A DNA stretch of 64,000 nt, taken from IMG/VR virus record IMGVR_UViG_3300032267_001484; one strand, given 5' to 3'. Shown piece after piece: positions 58,302 to 64,000 of this stretch (positions are counted from its first letter, which is position 1; each line of letters starts with the position of its first letter). Origin of the DNA: a virus. The notes below the pieces were generated by a model. It was given only the letters and a program-made list of their open reading frames with translations. It did not search any database and was not told where the DNA came from. The position numbers were made by a program, and so were the translations under genes.

Positions 58302-58976
58302 CTACTTTCCATATTCATACTCAAGTATTTTACCAACTAAATCAGAACGATGGTTCTCCTTCAATTTAATCCACTTGATTTCTTCTATTTTTTTAGATAG
58401 TTCGATAGCGTAACTTAAACCGTTTATTTCACCCGTTGACGTTTTGATATCGGTCTGTTCATTATCACCGTTGATAACAATTTTACCTGTTTTACCTAAA
58501 CGGGTTAATATAGCTAGCATTTCACCTTTAGTTAGGTTTTGTGCTTCTTCTACAATTAATATATCATCGATTGTTTTACCACGAATAAACTGTACTGGGA
58601 GTGCTTTAATTTTATCTTCAGCAATAAGATTAGGTACTTCGTTTTTATTTGAACAGCATTTATTAAGGTTTTCAATAAGTGCTTCCATATATGGGTCAAA
58701 TTTTTCACTCAAAGCTCCAGGTAAATATCCTAATGATTTACCTACTTCAATTGCTGCTCTTGTATTGTAAATACAATTAATTTGCTTTTTCTTAAGAAAA
58801 TCTAATGCTGCTTGAGCACATACTAATGATTTACCTGATCCTGCTCTGCCTGTAACTATAACAATTTGATTTTCTACAATTAACCTTTTTGCTTCTTTCT
58901 GTTCTTCATTTAACTGTACGGCATTGATGATTTTAATGTCGTTTTTTCTTTCACGATTTGGTTCCTTCATGAACAA
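58302..58976 (-). CDS. phoH: PhoH-family ATPase
   Basis: GRAGSGKS, LGYLPG, FIRGKT, IVEEAQN, LTRLG, GDNEQTD, NHRS. Confidence 0.93.
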   Translation of the reverse strand: MFMKEPNRERKNDIKIINAVQLNEEQKEAKRLIVENQIVIVTGRAGSGKSLVCAQAALDFLKKKQINCIYNTRAAIEVGKSLGYLPGALSEKFDPYMEALIENLNKCCSNKNEVPNLIAEDKIKALPVQFIRGKTIDDILIVEEAQNLTKGEMLAILTRLGKTGKIVINGDNEQTDIKTSTGEINGLSYAIELSKKIEEIKWIKLKENHRSDLVGKILEYEYGK

Positions 58977-59002
58977 ATTTATTTGGTTACATATAAATAT
59001 AC

Positions 59003-59036
59003 AAAAAAAAACCCAAGCCTTACGGGGCTTGGGTTT
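59003..59036 (-). terminator. Rho-independent terminator after the major capsid gene
   Basis: Minus strand AAACCCAAGCC-CCGTAA-GGCTTGGGTTT followed by a U-run; second hairpin with the same loop at 59043-59060. Confidence 0.85.
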
Positions 59037-59075
59037 AATTTACTAACCTTACGGGGTTAGATTATATGTAAAAGG

Positions 59076-60734
59076 TTAGATAGTATTCAAACCAGAAACA
59101 TAAACTTTACCATAGTAGTCAGGACGAATCATCTTCTTAGCGTAACGAGTCATCAAACCTTTCCTTGGAGTAAAGGTGTTTGGATCGTAAAGAAGTGGAG
59201 TCATGATCAATGGAACATATGGAGCGAATACAGCACCACACTCAAGGAACTGATTTCCTTTGTAACCCATAAGGATTACATTCTCAGTCATGTATGGGTT
59301 TTTGTATACTTTGTAACGGCTATTCAATGAACCAATCTTCTGGATACCGAAGTTGTATTCCATTTTCTCACCATCACCATCAGCAGCAAATCCAGGAATA
59401 GATTCAAGGATAGTTGAAACGGTTGGAGAAGTTACGAGGAAGTTAGCACCACCACGTAAACTCAACTGATGGATGATATTAGATACTTTCTGAAGTTTAG
59501 TACCAAGAGTTTGGAACCAACCACCTTGGGTATTGTAGTAACCAGAAGCAAGAGTAGCTGGAACAGCAGATAGAGTATTGTTAGTTACAGAAACAGTTGT
59601 ATTGTTAACAGCAGACCAAGCATCTACAGTATAAGCGTTTTGGATCAACATATCAAGGATTTCGAGGTCGATTTCCATAGAAATATATTGAGAAAGGATA
59701 CCAGTCAATTCAGCTTCAGCATCTACACTATGGTAAGCGTTAAGATCTTGAGCAAATTCTGGAGTCCATTGTGCTTTCAACTTACGAGTTTTAGCAACGA
59801 TAGCTTCAGACTTCAACTGAACGTTAATTTCTGGGATAGAAATTGTGGTACCTGATTGGGCATTTGGATATCCATTACCAGAAGCGTCTTCAAAATCACC
59901 CCTTTCATCAGGAGTTGGAGCAGAGCTATAATACAATAATACACTACCTACAGAAGAACCAGTAGAGAATACTTTAGAACCAGTTACAATGAATGAAGCT
60001 GTATTATTAGCTACAGTAGTAAATGCTTGTAAAATATCAGTAGCTGCAATAACTGAACCAGAAGTGAATACGAAAGAACGAACTGCATTCTGATCAGCTG
60101 CAGGAGTACCACTAGCATTAGTAATTGGAAGTGGAATTAAAACTTTCTTGTAACCACCAGCAACAGCAGAAGCAGAATAGTTAGAATCGAAAGCAAAGTC
60201 AGACCAAGCAGCTGAAGCGGTAACAGCACTAGTGATAGAAGCAGAGAATTGATTGGAAGAATAACCAAAGCGACCAGCACCATAAAGAGAAGCAGTGTTA
60301 ACGAAATCAGTTACGTTAGTATTTGGGTTAGCACTATAAAGTGAATCACCAACTTTGAATGGATTAATACCAGTACCATATTTGAAGTCAAGATAGAATA
60401 CAAGACCTGAAGGTAAGTTCATTGGTTGTACACTAACGAATTCTTTAGCTGCGATTTCACCAAATACACGGCGAACAAGTGGAAGAGCAACACCAGCCCA
60501 GTTCTCACTGTTGTAACCACCACCCGATTGGGAGTTAGTACCACCGGTTTGAGAAGCTTCAGTAATTAATTGTTTTGCTTGATTCTCAAGCAACATTGCC
60601 ATTGTGTTTTTGTCAGTAGTATTGCTAATTCCTTCCAAAAGACCGGATTTAGCCCACTTGCTTGACAACTTTTTTGCATCATCCATCACCACTTTATATT
60701 GGTTAGATGATTCGAGTAATTGTTGTACGTTCAT
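59076..60734 (-). CDS. gp23: Major capsid protein (T4 gp23-like)
   Basis: KW...GLLEG, LLENQA, LPLVRRVF, VSVQPMNLPSGLVFYLD, AKTRKLKAQWTPEFAQDL.AYH.VDAEAEL, EID.EI, APYVPL, FTPRKGLMTRY. Confidence 0.96.
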   Translation of the reverse strand: MNVQQLLESSNQYKVVMDDAKKLSSKWAKSGLLEGISNTTDKNTMAMLLENQAKQLITEASQTGGTNSQSGGGYNSENWAGVALPLVRRVFGEIAAKEFVSVQPMNLPSGLVFYLDFKYGTGINPFKVGDSLYSANPNTNVTDFVNTASLYGAGRFGYSSNQFSASITSAVTASAAWSDFAFDSNYSASAVAGGYKKVLIPLPITNASGTPAADQNAVRSFVFTSGSVIAATDILQAFTTVANNTASFIVTGSKVFSTGSSVGSVLLYYSSAPTPDERGDFEDASGNGYPNAQSGTTISIPEINVQLKSEAIVAKTRKLKAQWTPEFAQDLNAYHSVDAEAELTGILSQYISMEIDLEILDMLIQNAYTVDAWSAVNNTTVSVTNNTLSAVPATLASGYYNTQGGWFQTLGTKLQKVSNIIHQLSLRGGANFLVTSPTVSTILESIPGFAADGDGEKMEYNFGIQKIGSLNSRYKVYKNPYMTENVILMGYKGNQFLECGAVFAPYVPLIMTPLLYDPNTFTPRKGLMTRYAKKMIRPDYYGKVYVSGLNTI

Positions 60735-60766
60735 TTTAAACGATTTTAAATTTGGGTTTTTGTTAA

Positions 60767-61927
<1,161 letters not shown>

Positions 61928-61936
61928 AAATTGTTT

Positions 61937-62047
61937 CTCCTTAAATTTAATTACGGAAATAAGATTATTGGGAATCTTAATGTGGGGTTTAATAATACCC
62001 GAGGTTGCATAAGAATGGGCAACCTATTGTAGGATGCCCATAAATAT
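61937..62047 (-). promoter_or_regulatory. Structured 5' leader of the scaffold/capsid operon: promoter motif, three hairpins, AAGGAG
   Basis: ATATTTAT 62040-62047; AGGTTGC/GCAACCT 62002-62025; GGGT/ACCC 61985-62000; TAAGATT/AATCTTA 61960-61979; AAGGAG 61937-61942. Confidence 0.6.
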
Positions 62048-62070
62048 ATGTAAATATTATAAGACGTAAA

Positions 62071-62592
62071 TTATCTATATTGACCTGTAGTCATAGAGTT
62101 TGTTACACTATCTATTTTAGCTTGTTGTACTTGTTCTAAACCCTGTACTTTTTTTGCATTGTCAAGTTCACGTTTAAAAGTATCATTAGCTGATTCCCCA
62201 CAAGAGGTTAAAATTACACTAGCCATAGCTGCTGTAAAAAGACCTTTACTAGCTAATAATTTAACTTTAGCAAGTATTTTATTTAAATCAATTCCTTCTT
62301 GAAGATCATTTCCAAGAACAGCATCTACTAATTCTTGTTCTTTTGAATCTAATTTTTCTTTTTCCTCGTTTAATCCTCTTGATTCTATATCATTTTCTAT
62401 TCCAGGAAGAATATTATATAATACATCTTCTACTGCTTCTCTAGCAATATTATCTAAAGCTAATCTATTTACTATAGTTAAAGCTGCTATTGCGTCTTCA
62501 ATAGCTTGTTTGTATTCAGGTTTTATTTGAGCTTCTTTTAAAATACCTGCTAATTTTTGAAATCTTTTTGCTTCTTGTATTAACTGTGCCAT
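62071..62592 (-). CDS. Hypothetical protein with scaffold-like N-terminal motif and internal lipobox-like segment
   Basis: MAQLIQEAKRFQKLAGILKE; ...KGLFTAAMASVILTSCGES. Confidence 0.65.
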   Translation of the reverse strand: MAQLIQEAKRFQKLAGILKEAQIKPEYKQAIEDAIAALTIVNRLALDNIAREAVEDVLYNILPGIENDIESRGLNEEKEKLDSKEQELVDAVLGNDLQEGIDLNKILAKVKLLASKGLFTAAMASVILTSCGESANDTFKRELDNAKKVQGLEQVQQAKIDSVTNSMTTGQYR

Positions 62593-62629
62593 TTAATTTT
62601 TTTTTTTGATAGATGTTTACGTATAAATA

Positions 62630-63238
62630 TTAACAAATAGGACAAACCCCTGTTTGGTTACAAATAATTTCAGTTATTAAACTGTTTACTTTACTATAAT
62701 CTTTTGTAGAACCAAATTTCTTTGATTCAGCTAATTTCATATAAGCCATTGGAGTTGAAGGTACTGATACTAGATCCCAACACAATAATTCGAAATCATC
62801 TTGTACTTCAACTGTTTCACCAAGTTGTTTAACACTACCCATACCACGTGAAGATATTCCAAGTGGAATACCAGCCATTACTAATGCTTTAGCAATGTTG
62901 CCAGCAGGTGTAGGTAATAGTTGTAATTGTCCCATTAAATCATTTCCTTTCCACCATACTTTTGTAATAATATGAGAAGTATTTGCTAAATTTACAACAG
63001 ATGCTTCAGGGTGATCGAGTTCTCCTAAAGCGGTGCGTGTTTTTACAGGACCTTCTACATATTTTTCAACTTCTCTTGCAAGAATTGTATAAGGATACAC
63101 ACGACCATTACCATTTTTTTGTTCAGCTTCTTGTAGTTTACCTACAAGAGTAACTAAGCCGTCTCTATTGCCCTTACCTTCTAATAAGGTAAGGTTTGCT
63201 TGTTGAAATGGAGTATGGTCTATTAATAATGATTTCAT
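62630..63238 (-). CDS. gp21: Prohead core protease (T4 gp21-like)
   Basis: N.NGRVYP, ALGELDHP, SHII, LPTPAG, GISSRGMGS, DFEL...D.V..PS. Confidence 0.93.
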   Translation of the reverse strand: MKSLLIDHTPFQQANLTLLEGKGNRDGLVTLVGKLQEAEQKNGNGRVYPYTILAREVEKYVEGPVKTRTALGELDHPEASVVNLANTSHIITKVWWKGNDLMGQLQLLPTPAGNIAKALVMAGIPLGISSRGMGSVKQLGETVEVQDDFELLCWDLVSVPSTPMAYMKLAESKKFGSTKDYSKVNSLITEIICNQTGVCPIC

Positions 63239-63239
63239 A

Positions 63240-64000
63240 TTATTTAGTGTAGTCAGTTATATTAGCTAAGTCATCTCTACCATCAAAAGTTTCAGCTAGT
63301 GTTTCACGAACTAACTTTTCTAATGCTTCTTTAAAAGCATCTATTTGTGATGCTTTATTAGCACCTGTTTCTAATGATGATCCTAAGTTGCCTGATTTCT
63401 TTTTAGAAGAAATAATGTAGATATATTGCGGTGCTGTTTCTTCATCTGAATCAATATCTTCCTCAACATTAAATTGTAATTTAACAGCATCTAAAGCTTT
63501 GGCAGGCATTTTTTCCCAATATCCGTATCTTAAAATAGCTCTATTATCACGAAGTGGTTGTAGTTCTAATTTGTCAGATAAGGCTTTTAATGTTGGGTTT
63601 GCAATATCACTATCAATATATTGCATAGCATGCTTCATAGTAGCATTTGTTTCTTCACCAGGCATAGCATTGATTCTAACCTCGTTAACTACTTTTTTAG
63701 GCATTTTAACTTTCTGCATTTGGTTGGCTGTATCAACCATTTCAGTTGCATCTTTTTTCTTAACTTTTTTAGCAGCAACTGGTGGTTTAATTTTAGGAGC
63801 TGAAGGTGATTCAATTCCTGAAAGTTTAAGTGCTGTATAGTAGTATGGGTTTTCTGCTAAGTGGTCTAAAGCAATTTTCTTTGCTTTATTTAAGTCGTCT
63901 GTATGTTCTAATTCAACTTTAATACCCATTCTTAATTCACTTGGGTGAATTTGATTTGGGTGAAGTGGTTGTTTTGGTTCTTTTTTCTTTCTTCCTTCAC
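63240..64000 (-). CDS. Hypothetical head-module protein, 5' end outside the window
   Basis: Frame stays open from track start 63929 to the window edge (EGRKKKEPKQPLHPNQIHPSELRMGIKVELEH...KIALDHLAENPYYYT). Confidence 0.7.
   Translation of the reverse strand, partial: EGRKKKEPKQPLHPNQIHPSELRMGIKVELEHTDDLNKAKKIALDHLAENPYYYTALKLSGIESPSAPKIKPPVAAKKVKKKDATEMVDTANQMQKVKMPKKVVNEVRINAMPGEETNATMKHAMQYIDSDIANPTLKALSDKLELQPLRDNRAILRYGYWEKMPAKALDAVKLQFNVEEDIDSDEETAPQYIYIISSKKKSGNLGSSLETGANKASQIDAFKEALEKLVRETLAETFDGRDDLANITDYTK

Overview
A 64-kb, AT-rich segment of a large lytic myovirus (T4-superfamily-type head and contractile-tail genes), probably infecting a Bacteroidota host, judged from TTTG-N20-TATATTTA promoters and the near absence of Shine-Dalgarno sites. 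Every credible gene is on the minus strand. In transcription order (right to left): a head module (prohead protease, acidic scaffold, major capsid protein, PhoH, neck proteins, tail terminator); a ~30-kb accessory fibre/adhesin region built from repeated, separately promoted cassettes, each a Ser/Thr/Gly-rich fibre-like gene usually followed by LamG/ConA-like lectin genes and a small partner, ending with an S74-chaperone tail fibre and a GT2-like glycosyltransferase; a tail module (sheath, tube, tail assembly chaperone with an unannotated frameshift extension, tape measure, baseplate proteins, M15-peptidase tail lysin); and a replication module (short family A polymerase, HNH and GIY-YIG endonucleases, GH108-like lysozyme, gp32-like SSB, RecA/UvsX, 5'-3' exonuclease, DnaB helicase, class II ribonucleotide reductase running off the left edge). 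Most notable: (1) the modular fibre-plus-lectin cassette array with evidence of module exchange; (2) a position-conserved hairpin with GGAA-NN-UGAA loop and different stems in the leaders of two paralogous fibre genes; (3) a +1/-2 frameshift at a U7 run in the tail chaperone; (4) proteins whose export or lipoprotein signal seems masked behind a putative capsid-targeting, protease-cleavable propeptide; (5) a helicase that appears to start at AUC behind a perfect SD; (6) about 20 copies of an ATATTTAT promoter motif. All family calls come from motif recognition by eye; no database search was run.
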